From the human T2T-CHM13v2.0 reference genome, Homo sapiens: a DNA stretch of 64,000 bases. The stretch lies in the NCBI RefSeq assembly GCF_009914755.1, contig NC_060927.1, one strand, 5' to 3'. A program made the position numbers and the translations under genes. Positions 1 to 12,520 of this stretch are shown one piece after another (position 1 is the first letter of the stretch; each line of letters begins with the position of its first letter). The notes below the pieces were generated by a model, which was given only the letters and a program-made list of their open reading frames with translations, had not been told where the DNA came from and made no database searches.

Positions 1-640
1 TGAAGTGGCATCGTTGTCTGTGGTAAATCCTCGAGGTTCATCATCTCATGCCAAGAAGATTAAGGGCATGGACACACACAAGGAGTGAGTTTAGGAGTAG
101 AGTCTCCATAGGAAAAAGAAAGATAAAGGAAAACGGCTCTCTCTCTTGAGAGAGAGAAGGGCACACAAATGGGAATTCCAGCCCGTGGCGGAGTACACCG
201 GATTTTATAGACAGGCTTGAGGAGGCAGTGTCTGATTTACATAGGGATCGCAGATTGGTTGAACCAGGTGTGATATTTACATAATGCGTGGGGAAGGCTG
301 GCCACCCCACCCTAATCTTGTTATGGAAATGGGCTTTCCACTTGGCCAGTGCCATGTTGTCTGCTTTTTGCTGTACGCGTGGCTGGAAAGGAGGAGAGAA
401 GATGGAGCTGCCGTTTTGAACATGCCTAGTCCCAGATAGCCTTTTCTTAGTGGCACAACTGTCAGCATTCACCCACGCAAACTTCTAGGTTGCTCGTCTA
501 TGTTTACATCTCGATTTACAGGCTGCTCTTTGTTAGAAAAGAAAATGATTTTGGGCTGCCTTTCATTAAAAGGAAAATCTTCAGAGGACTTCCTTACCCT
601 CAGTATCTGCCTAAATAATTTCTTCTTAATTCCTGTATCA
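1..640 (-). mobile_element. ERV1 LTR, LTR9 family
   Basis: Minus strand starts TGATACAGGAATTAAGAAGAAATTATTTAGGCAGATA and ends GACAACGATGCCACTTCA (TG...CA), matching remembered LTR9 consensus. Confidence 0.75.
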
Positions 641-826
641 GTAGGAACTGCATTCATGAGCTTCATCCTCTTTCCTAAATTTTCAAACAACAATTAAACC
701 AGATGGCCTCCCATTCCTAAGACCCATAAGGCAGATCCTAAGCAGGAAGAGCACCTATAATTCTTTACGTCTTCTTTACTCTTATAGCATGTCATTCAGT
801 GTGGCCACACAAATATGTATACATAC

Positions 827-1845
827 TGTCTTAGTCCATCTTTTGTTATTTATAACAGAATATATGAAACTGGTTAATTTATTTAAAAGGAAATTAATTG
901 CTTACAGTGCTGGAGGCTGAGAAGTCCAAGGTCATAGGGCCCCATCTGGCAAGAGCCTTCCTGCTGATGGGGACTCTCCAAGTCCCGAGGTGGTACAGGG
1001 CATCACATGGTGTGGGGGTCAAACACGCTAGTTCAGGTCTCACTTCCTCTTTTTATAAAGCCACCAGTTCCACTGCCATGATAACCCATTCATCTATTAA
1101 CCCATGAATAGATTAACCCATTCATGAGGGCAGAACCTTCATGCACTAATCACCTCTTAAAGGTCCCACCTCTCAATACTGCCACAGTGGGGATTAAGTT
1201 TCGTAGATCAAAAAATCAACTTACAAAAGGCAGATTAATAGGAAAAAGGTCATACAAATTGTTTTAATATGTATACATAGGAGCCTTCAGAATAAAGACC
1301 CAAAGATACAGGGGTAATTATTCATGTTTATGCTTAGGTTCAACAAAGCATTGATAGCTTTGTGGAAATATGATTGAACAAAATGGCTGTGATCTAATGT
1401 TAATAGCCTGACTGGGGAACCCAGTATGGCCTATCTGTATAGATTCTTCTTGGCCTCTCTGAGCATGTATTCCTTCCTTCTGGGTATAGAGCAGGGACCC
1501 CTCTGGAGTGGGGCTCTTATAACCTACAGACAAACCAAGTAGGTCAGATTTTCTTTATGGCCAATTTGTACTTAGAAAGGCAGAGGGAAAATTAGAATGA
1601 TATATTTAGGTTTTATATCTGACTTTTAGAAAAGCGGTTCTAGTTTCTCTTACACACTTTAGGGAAGAGAGATTCTAGTTGCTATGGCTAGACTCAGGGG
1701 AGAATGGGACTGAGACAGGAGAGCAGGAGGGTGGAGAAAAACTTTTGCTTCTGAGGCTGCCACTGAGGCCTTCATTTTAGGATGCTGTTTTATAAGCCCC
1801 AATAGTTTCAACATGGGTTTTGGAAGGGTCATTCAAACCATAGCA
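827..1845 (-). mobile_element. MaLR LTR (MST/MLT1A-type), split by MER39B
   Basis: tgtcttagtcc...ggattaagttt (827-1201) resumes as gtttcaacatggg...caaaccatagca (1805-1845). Confidence 0.8.
1202..1804 (-). mobile_element. ERV1 solo LTR, MER39B-like, nested in the MaLR LTR
   Basis: Minus strand TATTGGGGCTTATAAAACAGCATCCTAAAATGAAGGCCTCAG...; 4-bp TSD gttt at 1198-1201 and 1805-1808. Confidence 0.78.
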
Positions 1846-2650
1846 TGCACACATAAATGGGGGCACACAAATACACATAGAAATATGTCCATTTGCAGAA
1901 TAGAGACAGACTTGAACACATAAAACAATATATATTTATTGAGTTAATAAATAGAAACATTATGGAGGTGTCCATTAAGAGGTAAATGATCTGACTTGTA
2001 CATTAATCATGATGATGAAATCCAAATGGTTAGAATGACAAATAAAATTGAATCCACTTAATTCCTATTCACCGAAATAAAAGATAAGGTGTATCACTAG
2101 AATGCTATAAAAGAAATTTCCTGTATATACTTTAAAATACTAGAATTATAAAATATTAAAATACAATGCTTCTGGTTACTGTCAGTACAGTTATCCACAT
2201 TACATTCATATCTTTTCTATTATCTCTGAAACTTTACTATTTTTGACCATTTCACTAGGATACGCAATTAATGACGTCAAATTTCAAATCAATCTGTTTT
2301 TATACTTTTTAGTGATTCTGTAGAGGCTTAGTGTTAGAATCTTAGACAAATGAATAAGATGTAATTGAAGACTTATCTGTGGGTTTTAATTATTCTTGCT
2401 AATGCTATAGTTTCTATTATAATAGATAATTAAGGGAGACATGTCTTAGTAACAGCACATGTGGAAAGCTCTAGAGATTTTATTTGGCAACAAGCTAAAT
2501 ATGAAACAACAATGCTACATAAGTGTTAATAGGCTAACTTTACCTTAAATTAATAAACTTTATATAAAGGAATAGGGATGGAAGTCACTCAATCTTTCAC
2601 TATTCTTATTATACCACCTGTGGAGCATTTGCATAAATTCTAAAGAATGC

Positions 2651-2966
<316 letters not shown>

Positions 2967-3843
2967 CAAGAATGCAATTTAAGATGGCTATATATCCAGA
3001 AGAAAGTGAGTAAAATAGTGAATGCATCTGAAATTGCAGGATGTGAAATATAATTGAAGTAACTGATCTGTCAAGCCTAGAGTAAGAACTTAGGATGGAT
3101 AAGAAATCCTCCCTCACATATGGCAAAGGGATTAGATGTATTCTTATAAATTAAGGAGATATAACAAGGACAAATGCAGAGCATTAGAAGAGAGTGTTTG
3201 TTGATTGGCCAAGAAGAGTGAAAAATCCTCTGCCATTTATAGATGTCCAAAAGAAAGAAGAAGAAGAAAACAAAGCCCTACTTTTACGGGTAAAATTAGA
3301 ATCAAGGATTAGAATCTAAAATTTCGTGTTCTGTTGGTAATTTGAGAGAGAGATGATTGTCTGTCATATAAAAGTTGAATAGTGTCTCCCTTCAGCCCTA
3401 GAGAACACAGATTTAGAATGCTTCCAACAAATAAAATCTAAACGTATCAGTTTCATAATATTGACAATGCAAAAATCTGGAAACATTATAAATTAAAAGC
3501 TAATATATCTAGTATGATGAAATATCTACAGAGACTTTATTTGTCTCAAGGGAGTATACATTTTTCCCTTTTTTATAATTTTCTGAATATTTAAAGTGAA
3601 TATGATTTCTTACAATCTGAATAAAATAATAATACTATTTTAACTTGAGACAAAAGAAATGATATTCTATCTTTGGAATGAATCTTGTAGTTAATATTAA
3701 TTTGTATATTTCTACAGTTCTCAAAATAAATAGATTTTTGTTGTTCAAAATATATACAATTTAATTAGTTCTAACTTTTTTTTTCCAGTGAATAAGCACA
3801 ATATTCTGCTTTCGATGCTAAGTGGTTAAGTATCTATAGAAGG

Positions 3844-4271
3844 TGCTTTGGGTTGAATTGTGTTCCCCAGAGAGATATGTTCAAGTCCTAACTCCCAGTA
3901 CTGATGGATGTTACTTTATTTGGAAATAGTCTTTGCAGATGTAATCAAGTGAAAATGAGGTCATACTGGATTAGGGTGGGCTCTAATCCAATAACTAATG
4001 TCCTGGTAGTTAGAGAAATTTTAGACACAGAGACACACACGGAGATGGCCACGTGAAGACAGGGGCAGAGATTAGAGTGATGCTTCTACAAGCTAAGAAG
4101 TGCCAAGGATTGCAGGCATCCACCATAAGCTAAAATGAGGCAAGGAAAGATCCTTGCCTAGAGCTTTCAAAGAGAAATGTTGGGATCCAGAACCTGAGAC
4201 AATGAATGTCAGTTGTTTTAAGCCATGCAGTTTGCAGTGCTTTGTCACATCAGCCCTAGGAAATAAATACG
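3844..4271 (+). mobile_element. MaLR LTR, MLT1C-like
   Basis: tgctttgggttgaattgtgttcccc...cagccctaggaaataaatac. Confidence 0.8.
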
Positions 4272-5349
4272 GAAGAAAATTCTTGATGATAGATTTTTAT
4301 TAAATAGGAAAATTCTCAGGATACTATTAGTAAGAAAAACAATAATCAACATTTTTCTGCTTTTTAACTAAGAAACCAAGTCATTATTTAAAAATGTCTT
4401 TCCCATATTATTTTCCTTTAGTGCATGATATGAAGATTGTATTTAATTTTCCTATTAGCTATAAAAACAGTTGATTGAATAATCAAATATTTTAAACTAA
4501 AATCTCAATAATTTGGAGATAAACATCTCTAAGTCTTTGCTTTATTCTCTTCTAAGCACATTATTTAAAATTATATTTATTTTACATATATATTGATTTA
4601 CTATTCTTCACTATAATGTAATTTCATTAGTTGTTTTAATATTGGCTGGTGAATAGAAAATACTAACAAATATTCGTTGAATGCTCCTAATATATGAACA
4701 TCAGCAGCTTCAGGCTTAGCATATACAGTAGGACAAAAAGTTTCAACTGCCTGGGTTGACTTATGAAGGCCCCACTGAGGTCATGTCCCATACCTGAAAT
4801 AATATCTGGAGCAGTGAAATGGCGTGCGCTGAAATGGCATGCTCTGGGTTAGTGTGCTTTTCAGTGGAAACAAAAGGTGGGTCAGACTAGTGACATCTCA
4901 GTGATCAGAATAGGAGGTGAGATATGAGTTCTCAAATAAAATGTGGTCTGCTCTAAGTAAGATATAGTTGAAAGTTGCTAGTCATGTAAAAACAACAAAT
5001 CTAACTACAACAGCCTTTGTTAATTAAATACTTTTTCTCATACCTGATCTCACTTCTGATATTGTCTTCTCAGTACACATTTAGTATACAACCTCTAATT
5101 TTAATTTAAAACTTGCCTGCTTTCTCCACAAAAAAGTAATCTGAGTTATTTTGATTTTGATTATGGAAATTACTTTTGGTAAACTGTAGTTGGGGAGTCT
5201 TTTCTCTCATTTCAGTTATTTCTATCAACAATATTCAATTTCTCTACATATCCCTTAAAATCATCCAACTGTATATAAGGTTCAATTGCAAGAAATAAAC
5301 ATTTATGAAAGTTTTCCTGGAAGACACATAAGCTACCATTCCTTTAAAC

Positions 5350-5490
5350 GAGAAGTTCTTAACCTGGGTACACAGGGAATCCATGAGCCCTGAAAATTAC
5401 ATGTACATTTTTGGTCTACATATGGGATTTTTCTGGTTAAAGAATCCATAGCTTTTGACAGATTCTTAATGGAATCAGCGGTTCTACCAA
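5350..5490. mobile_element. Old hAT-Charlie-type MITE fragment
   Basis: gttcttaacctgggt...tccatagcttttgacagattctt resembles hAT MITE termini; highly degenerate. Confidence 0.4.
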
Positions 5491-5515
5491 GTAGTGAAAA
5501 TTAATTCTCTAGAGA

Positions 5516-5751
5516 CATAGTTATCAAATAGGGGTGATGTTGCCGCCTGGAAACATTTGGCGATTTTATTTAGTTGTAATAACTGGAGAGTCAGGAGTTG
5601 TTAGAACTGAGGAGTGGAAGTTATTACTGGCGTCTAATGGATAGAGAGCAGAAATGCTGCTAAATATTCTAAAATGTATCAGACAGTCTTCCACAACACA
5701 AATTAATCTTCTTTATAATGTCATTACTAATGTCACAGTTTAGAAACCTTG
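5516..5751 (+). mobile_element. MER20 (hAT-Charlie)
   Basis: aggggtgatgttgcc...actggcgtctaatggatagagagcagaaatgctgctaaatattcta...tttagaaaccttg. Confidence 0.75.
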
Positions 5752-5862
5752 CTGTAGATAATCTCATATTCTGCCCCTTTCTACCCAAAATTAATACACT
5801 ATTTAGAAAACTTGCTCTAGATAATCCAATATTCTGCACCTTTCCACCCAAAATTAAGACAC
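5739..5862 (+). repeat. Two-copy tandem duplication, 63-bp period
   Basis: tttagaaaccttgctgtagataatctcatattctgcccc...acac at 5739 and tttagaaaacttgctctagataatccaatattctgcacc...acac at 5802. Confidence 0.9.
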
Positions 5863-5870
5863 ATAAACAG

Positions 5871-6305
5871 TGTTATAAATAAAGTTTTGGTGCCGCAAAA
5901 GAAATAGCACTCGAATATAAAATTTTCTTTTTAATCCTCCGCACGGCAAGTTACTTCTCTAGAAGCGAAGCAATGGAGCAATGGTGAGCGTACACTTGGA
6001 CAAGGGAGGGAAAGGGGTTCTTACCCTGAGGCGTGTGGCCCCTGCTGCTGTGTCCTTCCCCTTTTGTCTAGGGTTAGACCGCACAGGCAAAACTAATTCT
6101 GATTGGCTAATTTAAAGAGAGTGACGGAGCGAGTGGTTTGGCAGGAAAAATGGTTATGACAGAGCAGGTAATCGGTATGAGTCAGGGTGGAGCAGGTAAT
6201 TGAAAAAGTTTGCTTTATGAGGAAGTTAAGTTTAAAAGTAGAAGACAAAGAATTGACATACTGACATATTGATTCTTTGAAAAGAAATTTAGAACTCATA
6301 TCTAA
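5871..6305 (-). mobile_element. ERV1 solo LTR, LTR10 family (LTR10A/F-like)
   Basis: Minus strand TTAGATATGAGTTCTAAATTTC...ATTACCTGCTCCACCCTGACTCA...TTTATAACA; one AP-1 site at 6178-6184. Confidence 0.8.
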
Positions 6306-6634
6306 GTGCAAAATACTTGAACTGCATTCTTTTAGTTTCTCTCTGATTTATTATAGTTCTTGTTTGCTAGCATGATGCTGTCACCCGATTTCAAGGCATG
6401 TTTTAAAAAGCTTTCTCTGGAAAGTGATTTTATGTGTTGTGGTGCTGTGAATGGTGCATCCCACACAGGCTTTGTCTTATATACCCACAGGTTTTCTTAG
6501 GAAAATCTACGATTTTAGGAAGATCAACTGTGATATGTCTTCAGGATAATTTGAAGTAGAATTGATCTCATTTCTTTTTTGGTTTTGGTCTTTAGGAAGA
6601 TGTGAATTCAACTTGAAGACCATCATCTAGTCCT

Positions 6635-6718
6635 CTAAATAGTGTATTAATTTTGGGCAGAATATTAGATTATCTAGAGCAAGGTTTCTAAACAGTGACA
6701 TTAGTAATGACAGTATAA
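6635..6718 (-). repeat. Inverted copy of 5713-5807
   Basis: Reverse complement matches 5713-5807 with about 4 substitutions and a 10-bp deletion. Confidence 0.9.
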
Positions 6719-9700
6719 GATCTTTGAATAATGATCTTATTCTGGCTTTAATTTGTTTCAAGCCTTTACTTACTAACTTGTAATTTTTTGTGTGTACTTT
6801 TATCATAGGTAACTTTTAATATAATCTACATTTTGGGAGATGAGGTAATAAATAAAATCCTGTGGTTCATAGGACTTAACACAAATGCTAACATCTAAGT
6901 AGTACATGATTTCTCTTCCTTATATAGTTTATACCACTTAATTCTGTAATATCAACACCATTTCATATTGCTATTTCTCTTTAAATTATAGGCTATAAAT
7001 CTTCCAATCATTTTTGTTTCTTCTATGGTTACAGTTATTAGTATATTCCCTTTATTCTACCAAAAATTTGTAACACTTATTGTGCTAGCAGACACTGAAG
7101 ATATAAACATGAATATAATAAAGTATTTTTCTCAATAAGTTAACAAGAGAGATAGCTTGTTAACAAGTGAGACATCTTGTTAGCAAACATGTTAGCAAGT
7201 AAGATAGATACATGTAGCTATCATATTAAAAGCAAGATAATTACATATATGTTAACAAGTGGCCTAGCTACATAAACTAATAATGATAGAGAAATATACT
7301 AACTCTTATAACAGGAACATGCTTTAAACTTGTGTATGGCAGCAAAAAGAAGGCAGGATCAAATTGGGCAGATGCTGATTGACAGAGAAGGGTGCATGTA
7401 ACTGAACAATCTCTATTTTTTTATTTAAAAATTATTTAAGATATAAAGTGATATATGTGTATTGTTAGATATAGACATATAAATGTATATAGATAATAGT
7501 TTGATAGATTCTGGAAATTTCCTATTGCTTTTGAAGTTTCTTCTGGTTAATGTTATCTAATTTTTCATTTTTTAACACTTCTGTGTATCACCTTAGTCAT
7601 ATTTATATGTAATCTACCCACTTAATAAGGAAACTAATCCAGATCATTTTAATAAAGGTAAGTAGGACAAAGCTCAAAATTAACTTGGGTAAAACCGAAG
7701 TATTTTATTATTTTATGTTTTCTTCCTCTACCCCATCGTCCCATTTCTCCACTCACTGTCAATTTACTTATCCATTCTCTGAGTCTAGCCTGTTGTGGAC
7801 ACATCTAATGGGAATGGGAATTAACGTAGTTTTATAACTTATTAATGAGTACACATTTAACGATCAAAGCATTTAAAACTAAAAAGTTTTTTAGGCTTTC
7901 TCAAATCTAGTTTTCTCAAGCTTTATTCCTCAATAATTATTTTGAAAAAGGATTTTTTTTTTGTCAGATGCATTTGAGGAAAACAGAATTAGTCAAAGTT
8001 GAGTGAGTTTTTCAAAAATTGATGGACTTCTTTGTGCCTTCATTTGTGCTAATGAGCAATCCTCAAGGGGTGGGATTATTATATAAATGTTTTCCTATAA
8101 CATTTGACTATAGAACACCTAATTAAAAAGATGTCATATATTACAAAGTTTCTTCTTACATTGTGGTATTTAAATGATTATATATTTGTAATGATTATAT
8201 ATAATCATGTACTTTTATGGCAATGACCTGGTCATTATTAGTCATGATTATTTTTCCGAAAAGTAACACTTTAGCATTAGTCTTTCTCTAAGGGATATAA
8301 AAGCCAACGCTGAGCCAAGTTCCGTTGGGAAAGTACTTCCAAGATCCCTGGTAGATTTTAATATTTATCAGAACTGTGTGATACAGAGCAGGAATGCCTG
8401 GAGACTTTAAAAAGAATAATCTACAATTCGCAACCAGTATCTTTAAAATGTAAAGTATCAGCCTTTTTAAAAATGAGGACAGTCTTGTCAAATGCTAATC
8501 TTGGAGCTACTTAACTGCTGTTTTTGCAGTAGCAACTAGTGTTAGCACAGAGGAAAAAATAACATTAGAACAAGCCATGCATTTTATAGTAAGCTTCAGT
8601 TTTTAAAAAAGGTATATATTATCCTTATTCATTTGCATTGGTACAGCTGTGCTTTACAGTATATTTTGGTGCATGTATAGATGTTAGCTAGAACTGACCC
8701 TTATTTTACAGTTAAATAATTGGAAGGAGGAATTTGCAGTCATTATTCCCTATCCTTGCTCTTTAAGCATTTTATGCATTCCAAAAATAGTTGGAAAATT
8801 TGCACAGATTAAATCATTTAGATTTTGCTTAAAATGAGAGCTAAAATTTAAATGAAATGAAACTTATTTAACTGTTGGTTAATTATTTTTTCTTTCTATA
8901 GTATCTGTAGGTCAAAGTGTGTTTACGTATTTAATGTTATTTCAGGTTATCTAAGCGGACAAATATAAAGTGTATTAAAATGGGAGGTTTGTTAAGAAAC
9001 TGGCCAGAGGTGAGGTGGGGGGTGGGAGTCATTTCTCTGCTAGGCAGAAGCTTAATGAAATAGATCTTCCAAAAAGACCTAAAAACCAACCAACAAACAA
9101 AAGCCCACTATTGTTCTGCTTTAATTTGTTCCACGGGTCCACCAGCAGAGATGAGGAACTTTCTTCCGGGGAAAACCGAGAGCATTACTTTCACTTTTAG
9201 GTGAAAGTGTTTGGGTGAATCCACTTTCAGAAATTAGAGCATTTAGCTAAAACCCTCCTGGCTTTTTTATTAGCATAAAAAAAGAGGAGTTACACTCCAG
9301 GCTTGAGATCACAAGTCCATTTCTAAAGATTTGTCATTCTTTGCCCCAATTTTTGTCACTTTCCTTGTACTGTTTCCTTTTCTTTGAAATAATTGCCAGT
9401 AAGAGCTTTAAAATGAATGGAGCCTGAGGGCTTGTCATCTGAGCCCCCAGGTAGAGAGGATCCTGAGGAATCTGCTAATCTGAGGAAGAAAAGGGACCTG
9501 CCACAACCAATCTAGGTGGGAGGAAATTTGGGTTTGGATTGGTGTTTGCCCTCAAGTGAAATCATGGTTAGAGCTTTGCTTTTACATTGACTTGAAGGCT
9601 ACATTAGCCAGTTTTCAGTGTGGCATATTTACCTGCCGTCATAGCTGATGAGGCCCTTCAACACAACATTGTAGCTATAGACGGATAGTAAAGTTACCTA

Positions 9701-10491
9701 TAATTATAATCTAGGTTAATGATGGACTGGTAATATCTTCTTGATGGTCAATAACCCACCAACATTTTCTTACGATAAAATACTTTTAGTTACTCAACTA
9801 AACCAAAATATACTTGAGAAATTATTGTTGGATTAGGCAGTCTTCTAAGCCCCATCTACCCCTCTACAATTTTGATTCCACCAATAAAATAGATGATCCT
9901 AGATAATACAGAAATAATACTCAAATGAGTGAGTTAGTCAAGTGGGTCAAAAATCGCTGAGTTAGAAAAGGCATTTTAACATCCCCCTCACAATATGTGA
10001 TATGTACTGAGTTGAGTGCCATTTTAAAATAATGACTACTTCTCAGCTTCTTGGCTAAGATCAAGGGTAGTAGCATTTTAGAGATTAATTTAAATGCTGT
10101 ACATCCCCAAAACATTTTATATTATGCTTCTAATAGATTAAGATTTTATAAGTCATTATATGCATTATACATGCATATTTGTTATATCACATACACATTG
10201 CCATACATTTGAAAAATAGTTATACACAGGTTATACATTGACTTATTCTACAGACAATTCTTTGTGCTCATATTCTGGGACCACTTACCATGATCTCATG
10301 GTCTCTCCTAGGGGTTGAAGGTCCACAGATTCCGAATCTTGTTGATTCTCAAGAGATAAGAGATGGCACTCTGTACAGGGTTTAGTGTGTAGTTTGAAAA
10401 AGTATACTCATATTTGCATAACAAAGCACTTTTGGTTGGTGAAGTTCTCGGAGAAGGAAAGTGAAAGAAAATTCTGAATTAAATTATTTGG

Positions 10492-10945
10492 TGTATTAGT
10501 CAGGGTTCTCTAAAGGGACAGAACTAATGGGATATACATGTATATATATATAAATAACGGGGAGTTTATTAAGTATTAGCTCACAAGATTACAAGGTCCC
10601 ACAATAGGCCGTCTGCAAACTGAAGATCAAGGAAAGCCAGTCCAAGTCCCAAAACAGAAGAACTTGGAGTCCAACGTTCAAGGGCAGGAAGCATCCAGCC
10701 TGGGAAATAGATGTAGGCTGGGAGGCTAAGCCAGTCTAGAGTTTTCACATTTTTCTGCCTGCTTTATATTCTAGCTGTGCTGGCAGCTGATTAGATGGTG
10801 ACCACCAAGATTAAGGGTGGGTTTGCCTTTCTCAGCCCTGACTCAAATGCTAATCTTCTTTGGTAGCACCCTCTCAGACCCACCCAGGATCAACACTTTG
10901 CATCCTTCAATCCAATCAAGTTGACACTCAGTATTAACCATCACA
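10492..10945 (-). mobile_element. HERV-L 3' LTR, MLT2A1-type, complete (454 bp)
   Basis: Minus strand TGTGATGGTTAATACTGAGTGTCAACTTGATTGGATTG...GAACCCTGACTAATACA. Confidence 0.9.
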
Positions 10946-10957
10946 AGTCCACCCCTT
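10946..10957 (-). other. Polypurine tract of HERV-L
   Basis: AAGGGGTGGACT immediately 5' of the 3' LTR on the minus strand. Confidence 0.8.
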
Positions 10958-11445
10958 GTCAACTTGAACCCATAAACATCTCCTGAGATCATACATAAAC
11001 TTCAAATAAAGACAATAATAAGGTTATAATTATGCCTAACATAATACAGCTATCCTTTGCACAACTGAAAATGCACTAATCCCCAATTCAAATACTATTA
11101 TATAAAGTTAACAATATATGCAGATATGAAGTCAATAAATCTTATGTCACATGATAAAGGAAAAAGGAAATAAAATGAAGATATTTTGTTAGTACAAGAG
11201 TACACATGCACAAACATGCTTTTAACAAAAGAAGGAGGAAATACTCATGACAATTACCATCCTTGTTTATGCATCTGGTCACGTGGTTGTAGCTAGTATT
11301 GATGACTACCTTCTTCTACTACCCATTCTGTATTCCCTTTGCCTTCAGCAAGCACCTCAGCAGGTCGTGGATTTTTTCCTGGTGGAGTAACCCAAACCTT
11401 CATTCCTGAAGGGTCTGGGCCATTTGTAGTCCTGCCTGGATTGAG

Positions 11446-11790
11446 CTATAATTTCCCATTGACCTTAATCACAGGGCATGGTAATACTAAGAGACGCCCT
11501 AATGGATCTCCTGTATTCCATGCATACTCTTCCTTACCTCTGTTGTGAAGTAGTAGACTGATTTCATCTTGATATTCTGGGTCAGCCACCCCAGACAACA
11601 CTGTAACTCTCTTCTTAGCCTGTTGACTTAAAGGTAAGAGGAGCCCAAAGTGTCCAGATGGCAATCTTAACTTCCAGTTTAATGGAATCCTTGTGTTTTC
11701 TGGTGGCAGCATTCCTCCCTCTGGAACTAAGATCTCTAGCCCAGCAGAACATAATGTGGCAAGAACAGGAAGCAAACAGTTTACTAGTGG
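11446..11790 (-). pseudogene. HERV-L dUTPase domain
   Basis: ORF 11446..11910 contains IPLNWKLRLPSGHFGLLLP...GVADPEYQDEI...GDPLGRLLVLP, downstream of integrase as in ERV-L; premature stop after GKL. Confidence 0.85.
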
Positions 11791-11799
11791 CTCACTAGG

Positions 11800-12520
11800 G
11801 GTGATGGTGAGTGGTGCCACTCCCACTGCTACCCCTTGATTCCTGGACCTGTGAATCCTGGCTGTGGGAGAAACAGGACCATATATTGGACACTGAATAA
11901 GAGCATACATGGCCTTCTGGAGAACTTTGCCCTAGCCTACAAAGTATAGTCACCTAGTTGGCAGTGTAATTGTAATTTCAAAAGGCCATTCCACCATTCT
12001 GTCAATCCAGCTGCTTCAGGATGATGGTGAACATGGTAACAGCAGTGAATTTCATGAGCATGAGCCCACTGCTGCACTTCTTTAGCCGTAAAGTAAGCAC
12101 CTTGGTCAGAGGCAATGCTGTGTGGAATACCATGATGTTGGATAAGGCATTCCGTGAGTCCATGGATCGTAGTCTTGGCAGAAGCATTGTGTGCAGGATA
12201 GGCAAATATTATTCTGGATAGGATATCCAGAGTAAGTGTCTATTCCAGTGAGGACAAACCTCTGCCCTTTCCATAATGGAAGAGGTCCAATATAATCAAC
12301 CTGGCACCAGGTAGCTAATTGATCACCCCGAGGAATGGTGCCATATCGAGGGCTCAGTGTTGGTCTCTGCTGCTGGCAAATTGGGCACTCAGCAGTGGCT
12401 GTAGCCAGGTCAGACTTGGTGAGTGAAAGTCCATGTTGCTGAGCCCATGTGTAACTTCCATCCCTGTTACCATGGCCACTTTGTTCATGGGCCCATCGGG
12501 CGATGACAGGGGTGGCTGGG
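11800..12520 (-). pseudogene. HERV-L integrase (frameshifted)
   Basis: HHCC finger WAHEQSGH...CPICQQ; QVDYIGPLP; IDTYSG; frameshift near 12210. Confidence 0.88.

Noticed and set aside
1-10. Window starts exactly at the LTR terminus
   Set aside because: Probably a windowing coincidence; flank and TSD not visible, so solo status cannot be confirmed by TSD
41-472. 143-aa ORF
   Set aside because: Lies wholly within the LTR9 element; no recognisable domain
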